A stretch of 64,000 nt of DNA from Methanobrevibacter sp. (GTDB lineage: Archaea; Methanobacteriota; Methanobacteria; Methanobacteriales; Methanobacteriaceae): assembly GCF_030539555.1 (NCBI RefSeq), contig NZ_JAUNXX010000005.1, positions 283 through 64,282 on the forward strand, read 5' to 3'. The notes beneath the pieces are model-generated. The model did no database searches and had not been told where the DNA came from. It saw nothing but the letters and a program-made list of their open reading frames with translations. Of this stretch, positions 29,052-37,996 are shown in pieces. Positions within the stretch are counted from its first letter, which is position 1. The number at the start of each line of letters is the position of its first letter. Made by a program: the position numbers and the translations under genes.

Positions 29052-30464
29052 TTAAATCCCACTTGGCGTACCATATTCCCGGATTAATTTTTCCAAATCG
29101 ACACCTCTTTTAATTGAGTCTATCAGGTTTTTTCCGGGATTAGTTTGATTTTTAATGCGTTCGTATAAAGGTTTTAAAAATGTTTCTTCACCAATTCCTC
29201 TCTGATTAAGACCATCTGCAGCTAAATCAACTATATCACGTGATAACTTACATATTTCTTTTTTAGTGATAAATGAAGGAAGTTCGTTTTGAATCAATAA
29301 TTTCCTAAGTTCGCTTGCAGTGTATCCCTTATGATATATTATATCATCATTGTTAATTAATTCTTCCAATTCATTAAGGTTCTCTTTAAGTCCAAGGTGA
29401 AATGCTGCAACAGACATTGAATCACAGATCGGTTGAGTGCATACGCTTCTAAATTCAACTGTTCCCCTGAATGTCAGATTAATGAACTTGAATGGTCGGA
29501 GGTATTTGATATCGCCAATGCAAGGCCTTATTTCAATTTCTTCATAGTTTCCATTGTTATAAATTTCACCGGACACATACTCCTGCTTGAAATATTCGCT
29601 TAGGTTCATTGTTGGAAAATTGATATATGCTCCGTCACGCATTACGCAATACATATCCAAAGATTCCAAATATGATTGGAAATCATCCAAGTCCTTAAAG
29701 TCAACTTCATACATTCCTATGTTGTGGGGATTTACTCCATGTGTCGAATATTCCCATAAGACATCCCTAAAGCAGGTGATATTTTCATTTTCCTCAAACA
29801 AAACGGAATTTGAAAATAGTAACGCTTTAATGGGTTCTATTTTTGAAAATACATTGATTGTTTTTACCAGATCCTCTTTATAAACGTCGAGCTGAACTTG
29901 TGAGGCTGATGAAAACATTCCGTATTCCGGATAGTTGTGGAAATACATCGGAGAATTCAGATACTTGTAATATGACTTCAAATGATGATAGAGCATCAGA
30001 TATCTTTCTGATGGAATCGGCTTTGATTCGTTGTATTTCCTGTATGGATTGATGCCCATTCCTGTTAAAGTATGATTATATTTCTCGAAAGCTTCTTTTG
30101 TAAAAACATAGTATTCACTGAAGCGGTCATTTATTGAAAACAGGTCCTTTTCACGACCCATTGCGAATTCGATGTTGTTGTACGAGCAGTCATAACAGAC
30201 GATATCCTCATTTCCCCTGTTTTTAAGGGAAAAGACATTTCCGTCATAGTCTATTCCATCCTTTTTAAAACCGTCGAATTGTCTGTTGAATTCGTCGGTT
30301 ACCTTATGTACAACATCAAAGTTTACTGCTTTCTTATCAAGATTGACAATGGGAATTTCAATTTCGACTCCGATGAAGTTCTTTTTTTTATTTGTTGGCT
30401 TTATAAACTCATCATATAATTTGTTTTTAATCATTTCCCTATCAATCATAAATTTAATCCCCAT
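29052..30464 (-). CDS. GCS2/YbdK/EgtA-like carboxylate-amine ligase (glutamine-synthetase fold), 470 aa.
   Basis: Motif series IGVEIEIPIV, NNIEFAMG, MGINPY, SSASQVQLDV and LTFRGTVEFRSVCTQP fits the GCS2-type ligase pattern. It overlaps the upstream gene by 11 nt. Confidence 0.6.
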   Translation of the reverse strand: MGIKFMIDREMIKNKLYDEFIKPTNKKKNFIGVEIEIPIVNLDKKAVNFDVVHKVTDEFNRQFDGFKKDGIDYDGNVFSLKNRGNEDIVCYDCSYNNIEFAMGREKDLFSINDRFSEYYVFTKEAFEKYNHTLTGMGINPYRKYNESKPIPSERYLMLYHHLKSYYKYLNSPMYFHNYPEYGMFSSASQVQLDVYKEDLVKTINVFSKIEPIKALLFSNSVLFEENENITCFRDVLWEYSTHGVNPHNIGMYEVDFKDLDDFQSYLESLDMYCVMRDGAYINFPTMNLSEYFKQEYVSGEIYNNGNYEEIEIRPCIGDIKYLRPFKFINLTFRGTVEFRSVCTQPICDSMSVAAFHLGLKENLNELEELINNDDIIYHKGYTASELRKLLIQNELPSFITKKEICKLSRDIVDLAADGLNQRGIGEETFLKPLYERIKNQTNPGKNLIDSIKRGVDLEKLIREYGTPSGI

Positions 30465-31239
30465 TCAACGAATTTACGAACTCATCAAGAATCTTTTCAT
30501 GCTCCTCTGTTAGGATGAACTCGTTATCATGTTCTTCGCTTTCAAAAATTATGTTTCCATCTATCAGGCCGAATAACTTGTTTAGTTCCACCTGTTTCCA
30601 GCCTTCATCATCATCCAATGGGGTTGTGGCAACAAGAAATCCATCATCATTTTTTAAATAATAGAGAGATTCCCTCATGTTGGAGTGAATATAGGTCAAA
30701 TCCCCATCATAAATCATTAAATTTAGCTTATTGTTTTTTGACAAATCCTCGACAATGCCAGTCAACAGATTGAAGCGCTCCTTAATTGTTGATAAGCTTC
30801 CTTTAGCTTTTTCGAATTCATTAACCTTATCAACAATGTATAACAAGATTCTTTCAGAATCTGTGTCTCCGCTTTCGTTCTCCTTATATTTGTCAAGTCC
30901 CGGATAGTCGAATATGGTTCCGTTATGTATTAACATCCAGGATCTGCTGTTATCATCCATCAATATGAACGGATGGCAGTTAGGGGATATTATCTCACCT
31001 ACAGTAGCCAGCCTTATATGTGCAAATACATTTTTCCCAACAATAGGATTGGATAATATATTTTTTAAATGTTGGCTACATGTTGCTTTTATAGGCTCTT
31101 TATCTATAACAAATTCATCAGATTGCATATTGGCTAATCCCCATCCGTGCGGATGTTCTTCTGAGTGATTATAAAAACATTCCAAACATTCATTTATCTG
31201 TTTTGGCTTATTTGAATTAAAACAAAAAATTTCACACAT
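30454..31239 (-). CDS. Class-II (Ntn) glutamine amidotransferase domain protein, YafJ/EgtC-like, 261 aa.
   Basis: Met-Cys N-terminus (MCEIFCF), HPHGWGLA, AHIRLATVGEIISPNCHPF, LIHNGTIFDY and SGDTDSERIL. A strong SD (GGGAGGGT) lies 6-7 nt upstream of the ATG. Confidence 0.75.
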   Translation of the reverse strand: MCEIFCFNSNKPKQINECLECFYNHSEEHPHGWGLANMQSDEFVIDKEPIKATCSQHLKNILSNPIVGKNVFAHIRLATVGEIISPNCHPFILMDDNSRSWMLIHNGTIFDYPGLDKYKENESGDTDSERILLYIVDKVNEFEKAKGSLSTIKERFNLLTGIVEDLSKNNKLNLMIYDGDLTYIHSNMRESLYYLKNDDGFLVATTPLDDDEGWKQVELNKLFGLIDGNIIFESEEHDNEFILTEEHEKILDEFVNSLNGD

Positions 31240-31263
31240 ATATTACCCTCCCATTATTGAATA

Positions 31264-31314
31264 TTACAATTGTTATATTGTAATAACATATGTTATATAA
31301 TTCATGTTATATAA
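31264..31314. promoter_or_regulatory. Palindrome plus direct TATA-like repeats upstream of the amidotransferase/ligase operon.
   Basis: TTACAAT (31264-31270), 6 nt spacer, ATTGTAA (31277-31283). ATGTTATATAA occurs twice (31290-31300 and 31304-31314), plus TTGTTATATTG at 31270-31280. Confidence 0.4.
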
Positions 31315-31339
31315 ATATTGTCAAAAAAAAAGAGAAATG

Positions 31340-31660
31340 TTAATTTTCAATGAAATTAACATGATCAATATATCTATTTAGAACCTCTTCGACAGGCCCC
31401 TCATCCATGACTAATTTAATACCTTGGTCTTCAGCTTTTATTTTTGATTTAAAACCATATTGAATAGATATCAAAACATCACAGTCCTCACAAGCTTTTA
31501 ATACTTTGCTTCCCTGATGCTTGGAATCTTCAGCTATTTCAACTTCCCTATGTTCAATAAAGCTCAATTCATCATCATAGTCATAAATATATACGGATTT
31601 TCCTTTTCCAAGATGCAAATCAACATTCACACCATCTGAAGATACTACAGCCAATCTCAT
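31340..31660 (-). CDS. NifB/NifX-type (dinitrogenase FeMo-cofactor biosynthesis domain) small protein, 106 aa.
   Basis: MRLAVVSSDGVNVDLHLGKGKSVYIYDYDD... The roughly 100-aa size and the N-terminal beta-strand/HxG pattern are typical of this domain family. Confidence 0.65.
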   Translation of the reverse strand: MRLAVVSSDGVNVDLHLGKGKSVYIYDYDDELSFIEHREVEIAEDSKHQGSKVLKACEDCDVLISIQYGFKSKIKAEDQGIKLVMDEGPVEEVLNRYIDHVNFIEN

Positions 31661-31679
31661 TTTTATCCTCCGTTAAATT

Positions 31680-32438
31680 TTAAACTTCAGCACCATCCAA
31701 TGCATGAAGACATGCACAATCGGACGTGTCATCAACATTTTTAATAAAATTGTATATTAACTCCAACAGTTCACTTTCCTTTTCACTCACCATTTCAAAG
31801 ACTTCATCTATAGTTAATGCATCATCAGATATTCCTGATGCATAATTGGAAACGATACAAATTGAATTATAGCACATCTCCCTCTCACGGGCCAGTGTGA
31901 CTTCAGGAAGTCCTGTCATGCCGACCAGGTCTCCGCCAAGCATCTTAAACATTTTAATTTCAGCAGGAGTTTCAAATCTCGGACCTTCAGTACACACATA
32001 AGTCGCACCGAGAATGACATCGCCTGATTCAGCCAAAACATCACGCAAGCTGTTGCAGTATGGTTCGGTTACATCTATATGCACAACCTTATCTTCATAG
32101 AAAGTTTTTGCCCTATCCTGTGAAAAATCCAAAAAATCATCAGGGATTACAAATGATCCTGGAGGCATTTCCAGATTCATAGACCCCACGGAGTTTGTAG
32201 CAATGATTTTTGTAACTCCTATCTTTTTAAGCGCATCGATGTTTGCTCTGAAATTGATTTTGTGCGGCGGAATACTGTGGCCTGATGCATGGCGTGGAAT
32301 GAAAGCCACTTTTTTTGAAAAAATTTCCAAAATGGAGACTTCCACATCACCATAATCGGTTTCAACCAGCTTATTAGAGCATTTATCTGCTTTTTGGGTG
32401 ATTTCATATACTCCGCTACCGCCAATTATACCTATCAT
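31680..32438 (-). CDS. mtnP: S-methyl-5'-thioadenosine (or thioinosine) phosphorylase, PNP/MTAP family.
   Basis: IGIIGGSG, FIPRHASGH, ATNSVGS, CTEGPRFETPAEIKMFKMLGGDLVGMT and VSNYASG are canonical MTAP motifs. Length 252 aa. Confidence 0.85.
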   Translation of the reverse strand: MIGIIGGSGVYEITQKADKCSNKLVETDYGDVEVSILEIFSKKVAFIPRHASGHSIPPHKINFRANIDALKKIGVTKIIATNSVGSMNLEMPPGSFVIPDDFLDFSQDRAKTFYEDKVVHIDVTEPYCNSLRDVLAESGDVILGATYVCTEGPRFETPAEIKMFKMLGGDLVGMTGLPEVTLAREREMCYNSICIVSNYASGISDDALTIDEVFEMVSEKESELLELIYNFIKNVDDTSDCACLHALDGAEV

Positions 32439-32444
32439 TTTGAA

Positions 32445-33902
32445 CTACCCTTTGCAGACTGATAACGGTTTGACTTTTGCAACAAGTTTGGCGATGCCAG
32501 TGCTGTCAGATACTCTGACTACACTGTCCACATCCTTATAAGCCCCAGGGGCTTCCTCTTCAATGACATGTTTGCTGGTAGCTTTGATTTTAATACCTTT
32601 TGAAGCCAAATCTTCAGTAATTTCATCAGCATCATAATCCTTTTTAGCTTGAGACCTTGACAATATTCTTCCGGCACCATGAGCGGTGGATCCGAAAGTT
32701 TCCTCCATTGCAAGTTCAGTTCCATGCAATACGTATGAAGCGGTTCCCATTGTACCCGGAATCAGTACAGGCTGTCCGACAGCCCTGTATTTTTCTGGAA
32801 CTTCTTCTCTTCCAGGTCCGAATGCACGTGTAGCTCCTTTTCTGTGGACTAAAACATCCTCTTCACGATTGTATACCTTGTGAGTTTCCATTTTAACGAT
32901 ATTGTGGGCGACATCATATACTATGTCCATTTCCATGTCCTTTGCGGATTTTCCCAGAACATCCTCAAAGGTTTCACGAACCCAATGAGTCATCATTTGT
33001 CTGTTTGCCCACGCATAATTGGCCGCTGCCGCCATAGCCTGTATGTAATTTTGAGCTTCTTTTGAATCGAGCGGTGCACATGCCAATTGTCGGTCATCAA
33101 GGTTGATTTTATATTTTTTATAAGCCTTGTCCATAACCCTCAGATAATCGGAACATACCTGATGTCCGCAGCCTCTGGAACCTGAATGAATCATAACTAC
33201 AATCATTCCTTTTTTAAGGCCATACACTTCAGCAACTTCCTCGTTATAGATTTCGTCTACAACCTGAACTTCTAAAAAGTGATTGCCTGAACCTAATGAA
33301 CCTAATTGTGGAATTCCTCTTTTTTTAGCCTTATCTGAAACAATGCTTGAATCGGCATCTTCCATTCTTCCGTTTTCCTCGAGAACTTCCAAATCTTCCG
33401 GCCACCCATATCCATTATTGACGGCCCATTCAGCACCATAGTCAAGCACATCATTGATTTCGTTTTCATCAAGCCTGATTCTGCCTTTGCTTCCAACACC
33501 TGAAGGTATGTTTTTAAATAGCTTTTCTGTAAGCTCATCGAGAGAATCCTCTATATCTTCAAGGGTCAAATTGGATTTAATCAATCTGACGCCGCAGTTG
33601 ATGTCAAATCCTACTCCTCCAGGAGACACAATACCGTTTCTTAGGCTGAAAGCCGCAACGCCTCCTATTGGAAAACCGTATCCGAAGTGAATGTCGGGCA
33701 GTCCTATTGAATATCTCTGAACTCCCGGAAGGCAAGCCACGTTAACAATCTGTTGGACAGCTCCTTCCTCCAAATCATCAAAATGCTCATCAGCAATATA
33801 AAATCTTCCAGAAGCCCTCATCCTTTTGTCATAAGAGCCTGAAATCTCATAAACATTATCCCTAACTTTTTTAATTTCATCTTTAATAGTCATAAGAATC
33901 AC
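32445..33902 (-). CDS. rtcB: tRNA-splicing / RNA 3'-phosphate ligase RtcB.
   Basis: [74 protein letters not shown] and STAHGAGR. The start could alternatively be Met4. Confidence 0.95.
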   Translation of the reverse strand: MILMTIKDEIKKVRDNVYEISGSYDKRMRASGRFYIADEHFDDLEEGAVQQIVNVACLPGVQRYSIGLPDIHFGYGFPIGGVAAFSLRNGIVSPGGVGFDINCGVRLIKSNLTLEDIEDSLDELTEKLFKNIPSGVGSKGRIRLDENEINDVLDYGAEWAVNNGYGWPEDLEVLEENGRMEDADSSIVSDKAKKRGIPQLGSLGSGNHFLEVQVVDEIYNEEVAEVYGLKKGMIVVMIHSGSRGCGHQVCSDYLRVMDKAYKKYKINLDDRQLACAPLDSKEAQNYIQAMAAAANYAWANRQMMTHWVRETFEDVLGKSAKDMEMDIVYDVAHNIVKMETHKVYNREEDVLVHRKGATRAFGPGREEVPEKYRAVGQPVLIPGTMGTASYVLHGTELAMEETFGSTAHGAGRILSRSQAKKDYDADEITEDLASKGIKIKATSKHVIEEEAPGAYKDVDSVVRVSDSTGIAKLVAKVKPLSVCKG

Positions 33903-34100
33903 AGAATTATTATAATTTAATATTTATATTTGGCATTTAAATAATGTTCGTGTGAATTTTGGAACTAACCCCCGCAATCATGTTTAATCTAATTAAATCG
34001 TCGAAAATGAAATATAAAATTTAACACATCCCCTCCAATATAGCAAGCAGCAATTAAGAATTATCAGGAATTGACCTTCGAGATATGAAAAATTCCACTA

Positions 34101-34630
34101 TCAAATCAAATTCCAAAAGAAATGGGCGAATAGCCAGTTCAATTTTTCTAATTTTTTCTTTAAAACCATTTTGAAACATTTCCACTGGAGCTTCAACAAC
34201 CAACCAAAGTTGAGGAACAAAAAAGGATCATCATCCAACATTAAATGAAAAACAGAATATGGAACATGTTGCTTTAACAATGGTTTGACCATATTTAAAG
34301 CAACAATGACACCAGAATTATCTTTTAAGAAATTATAAATTCAACAGGATTTTCCATCGGATAGTATTTCTTAATATTCTTGAATTCACTGTCAAAAAAT
34401 TCAACATCATTATTTAACTTAAAAATAACTTTTTTTTCATTTTCATATAAATTAACCATTATATAAACCACCAAAAAATTGGGATGAGTTTTTAAATGTT
34501 TTAATTCTTCAAAAGCTATCTCTAAATCTTTTTCATTATCATTTAAAAAGAATTTGAAAAAATCTATAGAAAATTCATCATCATAATCTAATTGTTTCTG
34601 TTTTGAAATATTGTTCCCGTGTGAGAAAAT
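34101..34630 (-). pseudogene. Possible start-less, frameshifted gene remnant.
   Basis: A 101-codon open frame (34630-34328; ...NNISKQKQLDYDDEFSIDFFKFFLNDNEKDLEIAFEELKHLKTHPNFLVVYIMVNLYENEKKVIFKLNNDVEFFDSEFKNIKKYYPMENPVEFIIS*) has no ATG/GTG/TTG near its 5' end. A second open frame of about 80 codons, shifted by one nucleotide, continues to 34101 and contains the 63-aa track ORF. Such long open frames are unlikely by chance in DNA this AT-rich. Confidence 0.3.
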
Positions 34631-34759
34631 TTACATCGATTAGAAGTAAATTTACCTTAAATTCAAATTCAAGATATATTATGAAATAACTTATTAAAAA
34701 AAGTTTTGTTGATTCTCAAATCATGATTTCAAGCAGGAATCAATAATAAAAAAAGAAAG

Positions 34760-35101
34760 TTATTTTCTAAACAGTGAGGATATCCCTGCAACAAGCAAGA
34801 ACAATGCACTGATTACATTGATGTGGTCTGCACCAGCAATTACGAACATTGTAGCAACTATAAATCCAATACCCGCAATTTCCTCGTTTTTTCTTACATA
34901 ATAAGCTGAAAAAAGACCCAAAATGGAAGCTAAAATAGCAATCAGTCCTAGAAATGATGTATGAACATGTCCAAAGCTTTTAATAAAAATCAAAAAGGAA
35001 CCTGAAAATATACCTATAATTGACCCTATTACACCCAACATCATTTCAAAAGTTCTTGAAATAGTTCTTGTTCGTTTCATGATAGTAGATATGGTTTTCA
35101 T
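34760..35101 (-). CDS. Small integral membrane protein (3 predicted TM helices), function unknown.
   Basis: Hydrophobic segments MMLGVIGSIIGIFSGSFLIFI, FLGLIAILASILGLFSAYYV and IGFIVATMFVIAG...LFLLVAGISSLF. It lies 12 nt downstream of the archease gene on the same strand. Confidence 0.6.
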   Translation of the reverse strand: MKTISTIMKRTRTISRTFEMMLGVIGSIIGIFSGSFLIFIKSFGHVHTSFLGLIAILASILGLFSAYYVRKNEEIAGIGFIVATMFVIAGADHINVISALFLLVAGISSLFRK

Positions 35102-35113
35102 ATTATAAATAAA

Positions 35114-35536
35114 TTATAAATCAACAATGGCTCGGAGTTCATAACGGTCTGTTTTTTTAACATCCATCATATGAAAAGTTATTGCCTTTATTTCTGTTTT
35201 TCTCTCATGTTTATCCCAGTCAATTGGTTCTCCACTGATTGTTGCTTTTAGAATGAATTGTTCATCAGTTTTTTTAATATCCACGTCAAATTTAGAAAAA
35301 AGCATGAACTCCACTTCATGGTAAAACAGAAGCTCTTCAAGATAATCATATAAAAGAGATACTTCGTCTTCAGAGGTTATTTCAAATGATTTGCTTATTT
35401 TTGAATCAATGTTGGAAGTATCTGAAATTATATTAAAAATAGCCAGTCCCGCATTTTCAAATGCTTCATCAAGACTATTTCCATATGATTTGAATCCTAT
35501 ATCGGCAGTTACATCAAAATATTCAAATTTTTTCAT
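35114..35536 (-). CDS. Archease (RtcB activator).
   Basis: MKKFEYFDVTADIGFKSYGNSLDEAFENAGLAIFNIISD...SLLYDYLEELLFYHE...EIKAITFHMM is the classic archease signature (F.hTADig..a.G..leeaF...A). Length 140 aa. Confidence 0.9.
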   Translation of the reverse strand: MKKFEYFDVTADIGFKSYGNSLDEAFENAGLAIFNIISDTSNIDSKISKSFEITSEDEVSLLYDYLEELLFYHEVEFMLFSKFDVDIKKTDEQFILKATISGEPIDWDKHERKTEIKAITFHMMDVKKTDRYELRAIVDL

Positions 35537-35624
35537 GATTCTTCCCCAAAAATATTACTTTTCAAATGCTCTCTTGCTCTTTGTTTATATTAGTCTTTTA
35601 ATAATAATAAGTATAGTGATTAAA

Positions 35625-35801
35625 ATGTTAAGTAATAAAGATACCTCATTAAAAGCAGATTTAAGAAAAAAAAGTTCTATAAGAGATGAGATTTTATATA
35701 GCAACTACGATATTCAATCTTGCATGGTAATGCTTCTTGTAGTGACTGCATTACTTTTATCAGTACTTTCTGTTGCTGCAGCGACTCCAAGTTTAATCTA
35801 G
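35625..35801 (+). CDS. Possible small (58 aa) membrane protein.
   Basis: The ATG at 35625 is preceded by an SD-like GTGAT (35616-35620) and a TATA-like TTTATATTA (35584-35592). Product is MLSNKDTSLKADLRKKSSIRDEILYSNYDIQSCMVMLLVVTALLLSVLSVAAATPSLI, with one C-terminal TM helix. The 136-aa track ORF extends antisense into the archease gene and is not credible at full length. Confidence 0.35.
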   Translation: MLSNKDTSLKADLRKKSSIRDEILYSNYDIQSCMVMLLVVTALLLSVLSVAAATPSLI

Positions 35802-35919
35802 CTTGGAATGATTTATTTTTGAAAAAATACAATACCAAACCCTTAAAAGCTGCACATTAGACCTGTAAGCTTACCATGCAATACATCTAATGTCAACAGA
35901 AACTAATTTCCCGGAAAAA

Positions 35920-37029
35920 TTAGAGGATATCATCATCGAGGTTATATCTCAATATAATTTCACGAGAATTTCCTCTAACCCCTTTTCCTGTAAATTTAGT
36001 ATCGATTAATCTTACAAATTCCAATTTATCCAATGCCCTATTAAATGAAGCGTAACTGGATTTTGTTTTTTCCTTAAATATTTCAGACAGTTCACCGGCT
36101 GTATAAATTCCATCATAATCAGCTATTAATTTTAAAAGAGATTTTTCAACATCAGTCAATGATTTAACCGTTTCACCGACGTCTATTGAAACTAAAGAAT
36201 CAATAGCCTTGTCATAATGTTCCTGAGTGATTTCACGACTGGCATCGGCTTCGGCAATGTTGCCGCATGACTTCAAAAGGTTAATTCCAATTCTCAGGTC
36301 CCCGTTTTCATATGTATACATTGCAATCTGTTCCAGTATTTCATCACCCAATACATTTGGGAAAAATCCTGCTTTTGCCCTGTCCCTTAAGATATCTTCT
36401 ATTTCATTGTATGAATAAAGCGGGAAATTTATTTCTTGAGGAATGAAAACAGTGTTCACGTTTTTGTCAAAAGCGTATTTGAATTCCAGATCAGAGAGTA
36501 TTGCAAAAATAGAAGTTTTGACACCAGGATATTCTTCATAAGCTCTCAATATATCATAAACTACCTTATTGGCATTGTTACTTTGGAACAGGTAATTGAC
36601 ATCATCCAATGCTATTATCAATGCGATTTCGTCATTTTGAAGCTTTTTCATTATCTTATCATAAATTCTTGAAAATGGAACACCGGTTTCTGGAGGAGTA
36701 TGTCCGAAAACTTTTTTATGAATCTGTGAAAATATTCCAAAACGGGTTGTGTGAAGTTGACAGTTGATATAAACGCACATGACCTTTTCTGTGTTTTTTT
36801 CAACAAGTTCGAATACTTTTCTGATTGCTGTTGTTTTTCCTGTTGCCGGTGAGCCTAAAACAATTGCATTTGATGGTTGGCCACCCCTCATGGCAGGCCT
36901 TATTGACATTGCCATTGCCTCCATCTGGGTATCCCTGAAATTATAGTTTGGAGGCATGTAATCCGGATCAAAAGCATTTATGTTTTGAAAAAGACTTTCA
37001 TCATACATTAAGATATCTTCGATTCCCAT
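35920..37029 (-). CDS. cdc6: Orc1/Cdc6 replication initiator.
   Basis: N-terminal FDPDYMPPNYNFRDTQMEAM, Walker A GSPATGKTT, Walker B LIIALDDVNYL, and a C-terminal winged-helix region (YASFNRALDKLEFVRLIDTKFTGKGVRGNSREI). Confidence 0.9.
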   Translation of the reverse strand: MGIEDILMYDESLFQNINAFDPDYMPPNYNFRDTQMEAMAMSIRPAMRGGQPSNAIVLGSPATGKTTAIRKVFELVEKNTEKVMCVYINCQLHTTRFGIFSQIHKKVFGHTPPETGVPFSRIYDKIMKKLQNDEIALIIALDDVNYLFQSNNANKVVYDILRAYEEYPGVKTSIFAILSDLEFKYAFDKNVNTVFIPQEINFPLYSYNEIEDILRDRAKAGFFPNVLGDEILEQIAMYTYENGDLRIGINLLKSCGNIAEADASREITQEHYDKAIDSLVSIDVGETVKSLTDVEKSLLKLIADYDGIYTAGELSEIFKEKTKSSYASFNRALDKLEFVRLIDTKFTGKGVRGNSREIILRYNLDDDIL

Positions 37030-37065
37030 ACTATCTAATTTATTTTAACTATTATAAATCAATTA

Positions 37066-37785
37066 TTATTCACACAAATTAATAATATCAGCATTCTCGT
37101 TTTCGATTATCCAGTTTGTTAATCTCTCTGCATATTGCAGTTTTTTCTTTTTAAACTCATCAGCTTCAGCCAAATCTGCAGAAAGGTTTGGCCTTGAATA
37201 TCTGGTCACTATCTCACCGAAATCCATTCCTGCCAAAATTATTTCACGAGCACCCAAAGCTATAGCGAGAAATATTGCCCTGTCTCCGTCGGTGAATCCT
37301 CCGAAATTGTAAACGTTGCCGACAGGTTGTGACTGTGTTGTGCCGATTACATTGGTGAAAAAGGATGTATATCGGATAACCTGGTCAATATTGTCTCCGT
37401 GGGCGTGCACGGCAATATTTGCACCCCTCAAGTCGGCCAGAAGAATATCATCCATATTCCCATCCAAATCAGTGGCCACAATGTCCGGAGCCAATCTTTC
37501 CTCAATCAATGCTGTTGTTGCGCCATCTGCAGCAACCAAAACATAATCCTTCAAGTCATAATTTTCTTTTAATTGAACAATATGCTCTTTAAGAGAAGGT
37601 CCCGCACCGAATATAATGTATTTATCGGAAAATCCTACAATTTGGGAGAGGTCATCCAATGTAAGGCATCCCATCTCTGAGAGGATTTCATCCAATATCT
37701 TTGCTGAGTTTTCATCATCATCTCTTGAAAAACCAAAATCATCAAGAATTTCTTTATAATATCTTTCCCAAAGTCCAAATTCCAT
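37066..37785 (-). CDS. mptE: 6-hydroxymethyl-7,8-dihydropterin pyrophosphokinase, archaeal MptE type (DUF115).
   Basis: FGAGPSL, VAADGATTAL, VATDLDGN, VHAHGDN, GFTDGDRA and LAGMDFG are the conserved DUF115/MptE motifs. Confidence 0.7.
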   Translation of the reverse strand: MEFGLWERYYKEILDDFGFSRDDDENSAKILDEILSEMGCLTLDDLSQIVGFSDKYIIFGAGPSLKEHIVQLKENYDLKDYVLVAADGATTALIEERLAPDIVATDLDGNMDDILLADLRGANIAVHAHGDNIDQVIRYTSFFTNVIGTTQSQPVGNVYNFGGFTDGDRAIFLAIALGAREIILAGMDFGEIVTRYSRPNLSADLAEADEFKKKKLQYAERLTNWIIENENADIINLCE

Positions 37786-37996
37786 ATTTAAACCTCACAA
37801 TAATAGTTTAGCCATTGATTAATTAAATAATTTATTATTTTTGAAAATTGAATTTGGTTTGTAAAATTGATTTGAAGGCATTAAATTTACTTTATTTTAA
37901 AGAAAAACTTTAAATAATGCCCAAAATAAATTATAAAGCACATTAATTTATTTAAAAAGGATTTATTAAAACCTATAAAAAATAAGAGGGCGAAAT

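Noticed and set aside
27663-31239. Interpreting the amidotransferase + GCS2 + GshA trio as an ergothioneine (Egt) cluster.
   Set aside because: EgtA- and EgtC-like components are present, but no EgtB (sulfoxide synthase), EgtD (methyltransferase) or EgtE-like gene is in the window. The resemblance is kept only as an analogy.
32219-33690. Nested ORFs inside the MTAP and RtcB genes (32219-32425, 32519-32725, 32686-32883, 32880-33065, 33302-33538, 33454-33690).
   Set aside because: They are alternative-frame or antisense ORFs within genes whose main frames carry unmistakable family motifs.
35391-35801. The 136-aa plus-strand ORF.
   Set aside because: Its first 49 codons are antisense to the well-supported archease gene. 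Only the distal 58-codon part, which has its own SD/TATA, is retained as a low-confidence candidate.
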